From Phoronis australis (taxonomy: Eukaryota > Animalia > Phoronida): a stretch of DNA of 64,000 nucleotides. The stretch spans positions 421,798 to 485,797 of the forward strand of contig NMRA01000131.1 of NCBI GenBank assembly GCA_002633005.1, in the 5' to 3' direction. The notes beneath the pieces are model-generated. The model did not search any database. It saw only the letters and a program-made list of their open reading frames with translations, and was not told where the DNA came from. Below are positions 48,901 through 57,069 of the stretch, piece after piece. Every line of letters begins with the position of its first letter. The first letter of the stretch is position 1. A program made the position numbers and the translations under genes.

Positions 48901-51900
48901 GAAATTACAATTAGTTTGACATTGCAATGGTCGTCGAGGTTGATATTTTGGGTCCTTATGTTTTTCAGCCAGTTAACGCGCTCCGCAGCAGACGATAATA
49001 ATTTTTTGCAATGTAACATAAACTTTACACTTGCTGTTTCTTCCTTCCAATATTTTTGCGTCAGTCTCACTGCATTACGCTAAAAATGATACAAAAAATC
49101 AATCTTATACGGAAATCAAACTACCCTACAGACTACGACCGGATTTCCCGCACTATGCCAGTAGCCAGGTGGTCGAGTCCTGCTTTAGAAATATTTGTCG
49201 GAGATTTCCGAAAGACCTCTCAGTAACCTAAATTTTAAGGAGTTAAGAACTACCCACTTTTAAAGGTTGGGGAAATTAGACCAGGCTACGTTCTTCGAAA
49301 AATGTAGCCACCTTTCCGAGAGTTTCTAATGATAAACACGACTTCAGCAATATATATCTAAACTTGATTGAAAACGGTACTGCACTTTCTGTTGGACAGC
49401 GTGATGTACATTTACTCGTATTCTCTGTACAATTTCCGTTCTTCTGGAGTACAGTTATAAAGCAAATTGCCAATAGACATTACTAAAAACAACTCATCCA
49501 TTCAATTGGCACTCGGTAAAATGAACACTGAAACAACTGCACTCCGGAAGATCCGAGAGAGTAATATAAGCGAGCGCACATCACGCTGCCCAATAGAAAG
49601 TACAGCTATATTTAAATGAAGTCTTTGTTAATAAGGGCTTGCTACCGAACTATACTAATATTATGCAGAGAAAGTCGTCAATTACCCATGGGCGATCATT
49701 CGGGAGATAATTAAGTCCGCCTTCAATGCAGTAGCTTAGAAATGTAATGCCTACCCGGAGGGAGAGAAATGATCCGGAAATGCTGAAACAGAAGCCAGCT
49801 GTTCGTCAATTTCAGATTTCGCACAACCCCCCTCACCCCCCTCACCCCNATTTCTGTGCTTGGCTAAGGGCTAACGCATGTGGAACTATGAGTGACATGC
49901 ATTCTCAGTAGGAACTTCACCCCCGTTACATGAACAATCGAGACAATACATACACAAGGGCGCAACTAGAGTTTTGAAGAATGAAGGCGAATTTCGTTTT
50001 GCCAAACAAGCCCTGCGCCCTACATCAGGGGTTATAAAGCAGTTGTGCCTTACGTGCAATAGGGTCATTTTTAGAAAGGTCCTTGTTCCCATCTCTCTTC
50101 GTTACCACCCAATTTTCACTGCAAATCACGAATTCACTAATGCAAAATTAACATTTTCTCTACTAATTTAACCATCTACCCAACTAAATCGTCGATTACT
50201 AGGGTCCTTCCAACCCAACCCCCCGTTCGCAAGTTAAAGCCCTATAGAAACTGCTATTTTAAGAGAACACTTTGCTCAAATATTTCGTGGGGTAGTCAGA
50301 CATTTTGTCTGCAAAGCAGGTTGCTGTGGATTTGGTTTGTATGTCGCGACTCAAGATAGCCACATGAACTAGTAACGCCGTGTGAATAACGTTTAAAACA
50401 GATACACAAATGAATGAATTGATGCATTTTGTTCGCAGAAATGTACTTAATTTATACAAAATCTTTTAGACACTCATTCCGAAAGATTAAGAAAACTGAC
50501 TTTATGTAGAATCTAATGATTATCATTAATTGTTCTTGGAACAGAGAGACAAACGAAACATTAACATGTCATACCGAAATAACTTGCTGGTCTAGAAAAT
50601 ATCGATTTAGTAAAATTTCAATAGTGATGTTAACAATCCTATCTTGAAAAGCAAACCAATAACACTCAGTTAGACCTATCATCCCTGTAGGATTCCATCT
50701 TGTGTGTGCTCCCCGACTGTACGGCATGATTTCTTGTATCATGACTAAGCTTTAGGGACCATTTTTGTGATTGTCACTTAATTCTTACACTATACAATAC
50801 GTAATTTGGGTTGCTGCCACCCAATGTGATATTAGAGAGGTTTCGCAAAGCGACGTGAACGTGAATTACCACACATTTATAATTCCACGTCATACATGCC
50901 ATTGTTGGCCGTGGCGTAATCCCAATAGTGTTTGAGTACTTTACGCAAGTACAGCGAAATTCGCATCTCTTTAAACGCCAAACCTGTGTCCCCTTTTAAT
51001 CCTTATTTGGTAAGACATAGAAGCGATTTTTTATTTTAATAGAGTTCTCAACCTTTCTTCTTTGCTTCAGTATAGAATGAACACGATTCTGTTGTCTGTG
51101 TATGTTCTTAAAGTTTAGTTGCATGAAAGCACTTTTTCCAAAATCCTTATTCTGCCGGGGTTCACTGGATATCATCGAACTAGAACGGATTTTTAGCAGA
51201 TGTGATTTTGAGTTGTCAAATTTTTACGTGATTAATTTACATCCACCTATTGATTTTAAACCGTAAATAAATTTTGCAATCTAAGAGTTGATCATTTTTT
51301 GCAGGAGTTCGTAGAAACGACATTCAACATGTATTTCTATCTTGCATATCTGTAGCGGATATGTACTACTTTAACTGAACATCCTAAACTTAGTTATTCA
51401 GTTCACGTTTACTTTCACGTTTACGTAAAAATTTAGCCAGGGTTGGACTCCAGTGCACTGATGCGTGCAAGTGTAAGAACTCTTAGACACATTGGCAGAA
51501 TGTCAGTGATTGAGAAATCATTGAGTTGTTGGTTAACATAACACTCGAAGCTTTTGTTGTTGCTTTTTGTGAAATGCCATTACCCTGTAAGCTGATCTCA
51601 TAATAATGATAATAAAATCAAGAAGAGTTCGACTCTGACACTTTCACTCAAAAAGCAAGATCGCTCCATGAGGAACCACATTTGTCACGCTTTCTTTATT
51701 ATTTAATGTTTTTTAAACTTTTTACAAAACATATTCCGTTTGACTTGCTATAATCTTTATAAGAAACATGTTATTGTAGAAAAAGATGTTCGTGCAGCTG
51801 TAATAAAAATGAAACTGAAATAGAAATGGCTTGTTTGCTGGTAACCCATTGCACCTGATATTTTTGTGTGGTCAAGTCATCACACATTTGCAAAATTCAA

Positions 51901-53073
51901 TCTTTGAACACAATTTTGACACCCAATCACGAAAATAGTGCTAAAATGAGCTTCCAGTGCATGAGAGCCTAATTTATTGAATCATCGCTCCAGAGCCAAG
52001 AATACTTCCTTAGGCATTACAATTCCACGATGGCGGCTGGCGGCCATCTTAGATTTATCGATGACGTAAGCAAAATTCATTTTGTCATACACTGTTATGC
52101 CTGAAACACTCCTAGATTAGTCTGAATTTATGTATAAAGATGTCCTGAAATACATGACCTCACTGTATATCCAATGGAACATGTGAGGCATAATGTGACC
52201 TTGAACTTGATCTTTTCGCGTGACCTTGACCTCAAATCACAAAAATAGTATCAGAATTTTTTTTATCATACCTGAAAACCTATAGTTTAATGCATCATAC
52301 TCATTTTTTTGGATCCAGTCCCCAAAAATTTGTGAAAATCAATCGTCAGAACTGCATTACCCCCAGTTGCCCTCGACACCATTTTCTGAGGCCTTTTTTG
52401 AAAATTATAACCTGACTACTAGAAGGATCTTCAGGTTTTGGGAGAGCGGTCGCCCCAAGTGGTATATTTAACTCGCTCGAGTGTTAGCCACGCTTGCCAA
52501 TTCAACACACTTTGTAAGGAGGGTTTCAAATTCATTTCGCACTTTTTAGGGTTGACAATGGTTACAAAGCAGCATTTGTTGTTATCGTTTTCGTATCGTC
52601 CGGTAAGGACTAAAATGGAGTTTAGCAGCGTGTCATGATGACCAGTACTGAAAATTTGAATAGTTTGATAAACGTGTGTTCATAGATACCTGTAATTTTG
52701 ATTTCTCCTGTAAAGCCTCTGTCGCTCCCGTTTTATAAATGTATACATTTCTTAGTACATAAATAACAGCAATATTTTTAATTTGTCTTCAATATTCAGA
52801 CGGCAAAGTGGAAAATGCTGTTCAATAAATCTTTAACTATAATTAACTATAACGAATATTTCTGCTCTTAGTTGAGCTATGTACCATGGTGAAGTGTGGA
52901 TGAATATGTTTTACCTTTTCTAACTGTTCTTTCAGCAGTTTGGCCGCTTTATTTTCGGCAACTCGTTGCTGTATTTTGAGCAGAGACTCGCGCGTGAAGG
53001 GACGAAAAGGAATAAATAACTCTTCCTCCTCTTCTTCATAGTCGGTTTCATAAAGCCTATCCTCGCCAGCCAT
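3840..53073 (-). CDS. Nav1: Voltage-gated sodium channel alpha subunit, Nav1/para-type (multi-exon, 3' part lies outside the window)
   Basis: Exons join in phase and give hallmark motifs: [25 protein letters not shown]4 helices ([36 protein letters not shown]), and pore loops TQDYWEN (DI, D) and CGEWIES (DII, E). Linker motifs [13 protein letters not shown] and [11 protein letters not shown] resemble protostome Nav1. Confidence 0.97.
4265..4764. mobile_element. MITE with short TIRs (hAT-like CAGGG ends)
   Basis: CAGGGCTTGGAAT...ATTCCAAGCCCTG, with TTACTT on both flanks and GCGGAA subterminal repeats; inserted in a minisatellite. Confidence 0.75.
4770..5360. repeat. Minisatellite, about 37-bp unit (degenerate copies also at about 4125-4260)
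   Basis: CCAACAATGACAAAGTCTAACTGGTCATACACTCATT repeated about 16 times. Confidence 0.95.
5376..5549 (-). CDS. Nav1: Nav1 DIII S2-S3 exon ([11 protein letters not shown]...[14 protein letters not shown])
   Basis: TTGCAG acceptor, GGC|GTAAGT donor, 174 nt. Confidence 0.96.
6946..7260 (-). CDS. Nav1: Nav1 II-III linker/DIII-S1 exon (CHEAPTRN...[10 protein letters not shown]...[22 protein letters not shown])
   Basis: GCTCAG acceptor (5' boundary less certain), CTG|GTGAGT donor, 315 nt. Confidence 0.9.
7338..8450 (+). mobile_element. Helentron/HINE-like non-autonomous repeat (5' part)
   Basis: Starts ACAAGAGC...GTTGAAATGCGCCCACGACTGCACCGC, like the copy at 33165; degenerate internal subunits contain CCACTAGRGGG. 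Confidence 0.6.
9225..9550 (+). repeat. Interspersed repeat; second copy at about 42288-42598
   Basis: Collinear similarity (GTGTCACGAGC...TTTCACTTAAAC...AGCAGAACTAC...GCTCAACAC...TACCTAGCTGTATTT). Confidence 0.8.
9840..10537 (+). mobile_element. Helentron/HINE-like repeat (3' part)
   Basis: Same subunits, then a (GACG/GACA)n microsatellite, a CCCATAT...ATGTGGG stem-loop and ATAAAA. Confidence 0.65.
11650..11915. repeat. 39-bp tandem repeat overlapping the exon donor
   Basis: TACACTGTACACAGTAATACAGCCTACCAC-type unit; minus-strand GTAGG recurs at 11892, 11814, 11775, 11736, 11697 and 11658. Confidence 0.85.
11893..12282 (-). CDS. Nav1: Nav1 DII-S6/II-III linker exon ([16 protein letters not shown]...EPNKL...DSVDGLL)
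   Basis: The TTTTAG acceptor is secure. The 3' end at CTG|GTAGGT (phase 0) is the best donor, but alternatives exist. Confidence 0.82.
13050..13640 (-). repeat. Interspersed repeat bounded by about 50-bp direct repeats; inverted relative to 1320-1985
   Basis: CTACCTCG(G/A)TCTCCTTTTCATCTCTGGTA..AAGCTTG at about 13059 and about 13591. Confidence 0.7.
14212..14392 (-). CDS. Nav1: Nav1 DII pore-loop/S6 exon ([36 protein letters not shown]...IIIGYLV)
   Basis: TTTCAG acceptor, GTG|GTAAGT donor, 181 nt; DII filter Glu. Confidence 0.96.
15523..15704 (-). CDS. Nav1: Nav1 DII S4/S4-S5/S5 exon, copy B ([60 protein letters not shown])
   Basis: TTCCAG acceptor, TT|GTAAGT donor, 182 nt, phase 0-2. Confidence 0.93.
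16256..16440 (-). CDS. Nav1: Nav1 DII S4/S4-S5/S5 exon, copy A ([61 protein letters not shown])
   Basis: TTTCAG acceptor, AA|GTGAGT donor, 185 nt, phase 0-2. Confidence 0.93.
17560..17733 (-). CDS. Nav1: Nav1 DII S2-S4 exon ([17 protein letters not shown]...[32 protein letters not shown])
   Basis: TTTTAG acceptor, TTG|GTGAGG donor, 174 nt. Confidence 0.96.
18080..19700 (+). mobile_element. Helentron/HINE-like repeat, long copy
   Basis: Tandem degenerate subunits (AAATTTCATGAAAATCCATCAAGGAAC; GCCACTAGGGGGCACC), ending GAGATGA..TAATATGCACC. Confidence 0.65.
19963..20219 (-). CDS. Nav1: Nav1 DII-S1 exon (LYSGYVRE...[11 protein letters not shown]...[26 protein letters not shown]...YGNY)
   Basis: GGCAG acceptor, TAT|GTAAGT donor, 257 nt. 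Confidence 0.93.
20655..21190. mobile_element. Degenerate MITE
   Basis: Imperfect inverted ends (TACTGTTGTG / CACAACACTATA) with repeated GCGCTTATTT subterminal motifs. Confidence 0.4.
21361..21426 (-). CDS. Nav1: Nav1 I-II linker exon ([22 protein letters not shown])
   Basis: TTCTCAG acceptor, A|GTAAGT donor, 66 nt, phase 1-1; resembles insect para DVMVLNDIIEQA...SRAS. Confidence 0.87.
21600..21942. repeat. Minisatellite, about 55-60-bp unit x6
   Basis: TTCACCATCAGAGTAGCTAGAATGACCTGTCATGACAGTTGAGTTCAAGC repeated. Confidence 0.9.
22105..22195 (-). CDS. Nav1: Nav1 I-II linker exon ([30 protein letters not shown])
   Basis: Weak AAG acceptor, G|GTACGT donor, 91 nt; its phase 0-1 is needed to join the neighbouring exons. 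Confidence 0.75.
23157..23606 (-). CDS. Nav1: Nav1 I-II linker exon with poly-His tract ([10 protein letters not shown]...[10 protein letters not shown]...[14 protein letters not shown]...[13 protein letters not shown])
   Basis: TTTCAG acceptor, AAC|GTAAGC donor, 450 nt; conserved SLSLP, FADD and LPEVVVDK motifs. Confidence 0.93.
24600..24782 (-). CDS. Nav1: Nav1 I-II linker exon ([22 protein letters not shown]...[11 protein letters not shown]...EKPKVT)
   Basis: GACAG acceptor, ACG|GTGAGA donor, 183 nt open frame. Confidence 0.88.
25365..25388 (-). CDS. Nav1: Candidate 24-nt microexon (EEEAALQK), I-II linker
   Basis: TTGTTTCTAAG acceptor, AAG|GTAGGA donor, phase 0-0; fits the post-IS6 acidic helix. 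Confidence 0.65.
27471..27611 (-). CDS. Nav1: Nav1 DI-S6 exon ([47 protein letters not shown])
   Basis: TTGCAG acceptor, GCT|GTATGT donor, 141 nt. Confidence 0.96.
27860..29330 (+). mobile_element. Helentron/HINE-like repeat fragments (about 27860-28200 and 28770-29330), interrupted
   Basis: Same subunits as 18080-19700 and 33165-34212. Confidence 0.55.
30205..30373 (-). CDS. Nav1: Nav1 DI pore-loop exon (QCPKNYTC...[34 protein letters not shown])
   Basis: TTACAG acceptor, TTG|GTATGT donor, 169 nt; DI filter Asp followed by Tyr. Confidence 0.96.
30841..30892 (-). CDS. Nav1: Nav1 DI turret exon ([16 protein letters not shown])
   Basis: TTTAG acceptor, TA|GTAAGT donor, 52 nt, LCGN motif. Confidence 0.9.
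31357..31557 (-). CDS. Nav1: Nav1 DI S4-S5 linker/S5 exon ([22 protein letters not shown]...[15 protein letters not shown]...TQDL)
   Basis: TTGCAG acceptor. The 3' end at A|GTACTT was chosen because its phase fits the next exon. 201 nt. Confidence 0.9.
32944..33003 (-). mobile_element. tRNA-derived SINE head or tRNA pseudogene fragment
   Basis: A-box-like TGGCCTAGTAGG and B-box-like GGTTCACATCCC at tRNA spacing; no intact cloverleaf. Confidence 0.45.
33165..34212 (+). mobile_element. Helentron/HINE-like repeat, apparently full-length
   Basis: AACAAGAGC start, internal degenerate tandem subunits, GACA-type tract, CCACAT...ATGTGG stem-loop and ATAAAAA end. Confidence 0.7.
34374..34468 (-). 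CDS. Nav1: Nav1 DI S3-S4 exon ([32 protein letters not shown])
   Basis: TTCCAG acceptor, CAG|GTTTGT donor, 95 nt, S4 arginine periodicity. Confidence 0.96.
34925..35221. repeat. Minisatellite, 39-bp unit x about 7.5
   Basis: AGCTGGGACACAACCTACTAAAAGCTGCATTTCATCCCCTTT-type unit, seen as the repeating 13-aa ORF 34912-35205. Confidence 0.93.
35200..35500. mobile_element. Degenerate palindromic MITE; related copies at about 47200-47595
   Basis: TTCCATTAACAACCAGAA / TTCTTGTTGGTAATGGAA and TCTCACA / TGTGAGA inverted arms. Confidence 0.55.
35541..35669 (-). CDS. Nav1: Nav1 DI S2-S3 exon ([43 protein letters not shown])
   Basis: TTTCAG acceptor, GC|GTGAGT donor, 129 nt. Confidence 0.96.
36140..36742. 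repeat. Minisatellite, 21-bp unit, containing an assembly gap (N at 36295-36433)
   Basis: TGTCTGTGTGTAGCAGTCACA(A/G) repeated. Confidence 0.95.
37741..37821 (-). CDS. Nav1: Nav1 DI-S1 exon, copy B ([27 protein letters not shown])
   Basis: U12 branch point TTCCTTAAC-TTGGTACAA| (the in-frame acceptor is AA); U2 donor GA|GTAAGC; 81 nt, phase 2-2; paralogous to copy A. Confidence 0.85.
37983..38212. repeat. Degenerate minisatellite, about 22-bp unit
   Basis: GTCATGTGGACAAATCAAAACT repeated; lies between the two DI-S1 exon copies. Confidence 0.88.
38995..39075 (-). CDS. Nav1: Nav1 DI-S1 exon, copy A ([27 protein letters not shown])
   Basis: U12 branch point and acceptor TCCTTAAC-CTTTACTCAC| (AC); U2 donor GA|GTAAGT; 81 nt, phase 2-2. 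Confidence 0.93.
39866..39874 (-). promoter_or_regulatory. U12-type (minor spliceosome) 5' splice site ATATCCTTT
   Basis: Exact consensus, at the position of the AT-AC intron known just before DI-S1 in vertebrate SCN genes. Confidence 0.92.
39875..39993 (-). CDS. Nav1: Nav1 exon ([40 protein letters not shown]) ending at a U12 AT donor
   Basis: TTGCAG acceptor; ends CATCC|ATATCCTTTT, the U12 5' splice-site consensus; phase 2. Confidence 0.95.
40375..41000. repeat. Minisatellite, 33-bp unit
   Basis: AACCAAGAAACTGTTTGTTCATGTACAGTATAT; homogeneous core at 40530-40700 with degenerate flanks. Confidence 0.93.
41030..41209 (-). CDS. Nav1: Nav1 N-terminal exon ([11 protein letters not shown]...[15 protein letters not shown]...[14 protein letters not shown])
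   Basis: TTAG acceptor, GAG|GTGAAA donor, 180 nt, conserved PLEDLDPYY motif. Confidence 0.93.
43010..43780 (-). pseudogene. Tc1-family DDE transposase remnant (frameshifted)
   Basis: [14 protein letters not shown] and [16 protein letters not shown] in different frames correspond to the Tc1 motifs QQDNAxxH and WPxxSPDLNPIENLW. Confidence 0.88.
43794..44694. mobile_element. Mutator-like MITE (about 260-bp TIRs, 9-bp TSD) nested in the Tc1 element
   Basis: TAGGCAATGACCATCGCC...GGCGATGGTCATTGCCTA; GTAAGGAGT duplicated at 43785-43793 and 44695-44703. Confidence 0.88.
45880..46558 (+). mobile_element. 5'-truncated LINE (CR1/L2-like) 3' end
   Basis: [28 protein letters not shown] and ..SYGLNS..G.SLWNKLP are typical of the region C-terminal to RT; AATAAA followed by a (TTAC)n tail. 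Confidence 0.75.
47632..47730 (-). CDS. Nav1: Nav1 N-terminal charged exon ([33 protein letters not shown])
   Basis: TTTAG acceptor, AAG|GTATTG donor, 99 nt, phase 0-0, open frame continuing the E/K-rich helix. Not in the ORF track. Confidence 0.75.
52915..53073 (-). CDS. Nav1: Nav1 first coding exon ([53 protein letters not shown])
   Basis: ATG at 53073; 159 nt; donor AAG|GTAAAA. An upstream acceptor TTTTTTTCACAG at 53123 implies a non-coding 5' exon elsewhere. Confidence 0.9.
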
Positions 53074-56000
53074 AGGTTGAAACACGTCACGTGGTACTAC
53101 CTAAACCATGTAGACAACCGTCCTGTGAAAAAAAGTTAAATTCGGTAATAAAAATAAGGAGAAGATTCAATAGTTTATATTTGAAGAGAAGATTATTTGT
53201 TCTGCTATTGACTTCAAGTTCAAAGCAAATATAGATCTTCCAACGCTATCGTTTCTGAGCTCAAGCATATGTTTGTGTCATCCAGGAAACCTCAATTATC
53301 ATGAACAAATGAAGTTGTTATAAATCTAAGCCTTCAGTCAAAAACGGACTTCGGATTTAGACCACTCACGGTTATAGAATTGGCCTAAGATTTTCTTTCC
53401 TCGGATTGAAAATACTTTTTGTATTCCGAAGAATAAGTTCGTTAGTGCCCGTCATTCATGCTGAGTGTATAAAATGACCCACCGGGTGAAGTCACTTCAT
53501 TCAGGCTGGCCTCTAGCATTAAGGAAATGATAGTTCAATAATCCATTCAAATTCAGTTGGTGGTCTAAATCAACAGCAATTTTTTTTAATTAAAGTGAAT
53601 ATATAACACATTAAAGTGACATAATCGGCGAGAAAAATCTGAGTCTCACTGGACACAATCGTGTCGCATCCGAGCGCTCCGCCGGATGAGCCAAACCCCA
53701 CTCAATATGTGGCTTGGTAAATGTCGGACGATTGTAATATAGACCCAAAAACACAACGGATTTTATTATTTTTTATAACTGTTGTCAAAGCTAATAACTC
53801 CAAAAACTCTGTCCCAATAAACCAGTCTTCCGTCATAAAATACAACTTATGGTTTAGATTAGTTAGTGTCAAGGAATTGGTCTCAAAATATACTTTTTCC
53901 AAAATGGCTGTGATATGTGGTCTAAGAGAAAACTGGCTTGTGACCAGACTCTACAATTTGACTTGTAACGTCTTGTCATTCAATTCACCGAACATGCACT
54001 ACCAAAAACCACTTCTCAACTGAATAAGGGAGTTTCGACCAATTTGATAATGATGGACGGTTTAAATGCTTTTTTCATTGACGCGGCCTTAAAGTCGCTT
54101 CATAGAAAAAACACATCCAAACTGGTATCTTATTGATTTCACAAATATAAAGATTCTCAATGTCTGTGAATAACATATGAAAATAATGAAAGGTTTTGAT
54201 CGTATTATAGATGCCATGAGCCGGACAGTTTATCTGAGCAGAATCAAGTTTGGCAACATGAAGTTTTTCCCAGCTAGTAACGATATTAACGATACCAGGC
54301 TCTTCCTGACGATACGTTAGTTTCTACTTGACTGTCGTTTATCCCTCTTTTCTGAAATTTCTATTCTGGGACGGGTAATTTCATGTTTAATCCTGTGGAA
54401 TACGTTACTGTTATACAAACCGAGGCAACAACCCCTTAATTACGTTATCGGTTGAAAAGGCTTATGGTCATTGATTTTTCAATAGCCTTTCTGAGAAGGT
54501 TCCTGGCTTAATTTAATAAACAAGTTTGATTTGATAAATAACGCCACTGATGATGATGCCTTCATTAGACAAATACACGGACTGACCGTGAAACGTCACG
54601 TGACTGGAAAGTGTGACCACATAGATTTAATTGGAGACAAGGCAGTCAGCGACGAAGTGTTAGCAATAATTGTGCTACAAGTTTACTTCCCCATTTTCCT
54701 GAAGTCATGCAAAAAATTTCACTCGACAAACTGGTTTAAGTTTTTCAAAAAGGAATGTCGAAAAGCAAAAAATATGACGCAGAAATTTGCGTTTATATTC
54801 GGTGCAGGTATTCCCATCAAGAACCAGTTCCCCTTACAACACTTTCAACAGAACAGAACAGTCGCTAAGGTTTTAAGTATACGACGCCTTTTCTTATTCA
54901 TTGGATGCTGCTCTTCCGTTTAGTTTCTAGAGTATTTGAAACGTGCTTTGGTTTTTATTCTCACAACTTCTCCAAGCAACATTTCATCTGTATCAAATGC
55001 ATCTTCTCCCGTTAATACCCTCTGACACAGCGCCACCTATACTGCAAACTTTCGTTTAGCACTGTGATAGAGTGTACTCCCGTTTAAGGATTGTCTCTAA
55101 AATGGAGTTCTTGTTCTATTTATAACTTGATAGGCAGGAATAGAACCCGAAAATACATGTCTACATTGAAGTTGCAAGGCAACGTTTCATGGTACTTCTA
55201 ACTAATTTCCTACTTTAGTAAAACACGTTGCATTTAAACACAGATCTCGTAATCACATCAAATGAACAGGGAGACACCACTTCGTTTGGTTTCATTACAA
55301 GATGGCTTATAAATAATTATATATCGTATGTTATTACTATCCAGGAAATTGTTTTATCTGCTCTAACTGACGTCACACAACACTCGCGGGACTTATGGTA
55401 TCTGAACACAGCAATGAAAACCAACAAAACCCCGACAGCCAAAACCAACTCACGCATGTTAAAATTTCCATTCCTTGAATATGTTGTCCATAGTGTACTT
55501 CTTAAATTTGTTTACAGTGTGGGTATGATTGCAGCAGAATTCTACAACTTCGTTCTTGGAGCTTGTAAGGTAGACTCTACCTTTGTGCGTACATGCGTGT
55601 TTGGGCAGGTCACGTGATCTGCAAGTGGCGTTAAAAGAGGTGCAACGTTGCATTTCGATATCGACTGAAAAACCGGACTAGAAAGTATCCCATCTAAGCA
55701 TAACTGGACTGTTTTAATGAATGCTTGGTCTGTTTTGGCAAAATATATAGGAATTGTTAGTCGCAGACAAATTTTGAAGTTGTTTGTACGAAAGGGAAAA
55801 ATGTAGAGCATGGACAAGATAAAGACGAGGAAACCAAGAAGATAAAAAATCAGTGGTGCGGTGGGGCGTAGATGCACGTAGACCCATGTCAGTGCATTAC
55901 ACCACCTTTTATCTTTTTCACTTAGCGTATACTCACCGTAACGTACTGTTGATCATGTGCGGCAAAACACTGAAAAAGTGGGGCTATAGCCCCGTCCCCA

Positions 56001-56823
56001 CTTTTTTCACTGCTGCGCCTCTCATGGTCAATGGGCGGTGCACCACAGGGGGGCTGGGGGGCCCCTGTGGTGCGACGCCCATGTTGATACGCTAGTTTAG
56101 CTAGAGCAGTTGCGTTTTTCGTCACACGACTTGTAAAAGGTGTTGGACAAAGCTGACAAACCGATTCAATGTAACGTTATATAATATTTATTGAGTGAAC
56201 TGAGACTCAGGACTGGGAGCTGTTGTATTTTGACTGGTGCCTAACGGTCTACGGCCGGCTTAGTCTGCCAGCCGTTCAGTAACGTTAGGACCTCGCTAAA
56301 AAGTAAGACTTCGCGACATTACGTGAGATATTGCAGTGTGTTTGAAATGAGAACACCTGATTTTGGCTAGATTTTAGTGTAGCGTAGGTCCTACGTTACT
56401 GAACTCTACCCAGTTCTTCGATATCAACCTAAGGCTCAAAGCCATACAAACTATCTACAACTAGAAGCCAAAAGACAAAAAAACATTTTTTGGCTATTGA
56501 CTCTTCGAGAAATAGACCTCTGAGATCTGTTTCATGAGAAATGACTCAGTGCGGCAGAAATTTGATCTTACACTCCCACTTCTCAATTTTAGCCAAATAA
56601 TTATCGGGGGCATCACAGTCTAGTAGAAATAATTATCTCAGTAACTTACAATTACGTAAATATTCTCAATAATATTGCACTTTTGTTCACGTGAGATTTA
56701 ATTATTTTTCAGAAATGGTGGTGTGGCGCATAACACCAAATTTCTGAATTGAATATTAAGTCATGTTTCACGAAAAAGATCAATTGTCTTCCTACATCTT
56801 CTGCTTCATCCACAAAACATGAA

Positions 56824-57069
56824 TCTCTCTTGGTGAAGTGCGTTGAGATATTGTGACATCTCTATTGGTGAAGTGCGTTGAGATATTGTGATATCTCTAT
56901 TGGTGAAGTGCGTTGAGATATTGTGATATCTCTATTGGTGAAGTGCGTTGAGAAATTGTGATATCTCTATTGGTGAAGTGCGTTGAGAAATTGTGATATC
57001 TCTATTGGTGAAGTGCGTTGAGAAATTGTGATATCTCTCTTGGTGAAGTGCGCTGAGATATTGTGATCT
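56824..57069. repeat. Minisatellite, 35-bp unit x7
   Basis: TCTCTATTGGTGAAGTGCGTTGAGATATTGTGATA repeated with no spacers. Confidence 0.95.

Noticed and set aside
51436-51484. [17 protein letters not shown]-like peptide
   Set aside because: Too short and not part of an extended ORF; at most a transposon relic that cannot be classified.
56824-57069. 35-bp direct repeats resembling a CRISPR array (also 4770-5360)
   Set aside because: Head-to-tail units with no unique spacers, no cas genes, and a eukaryotic context.
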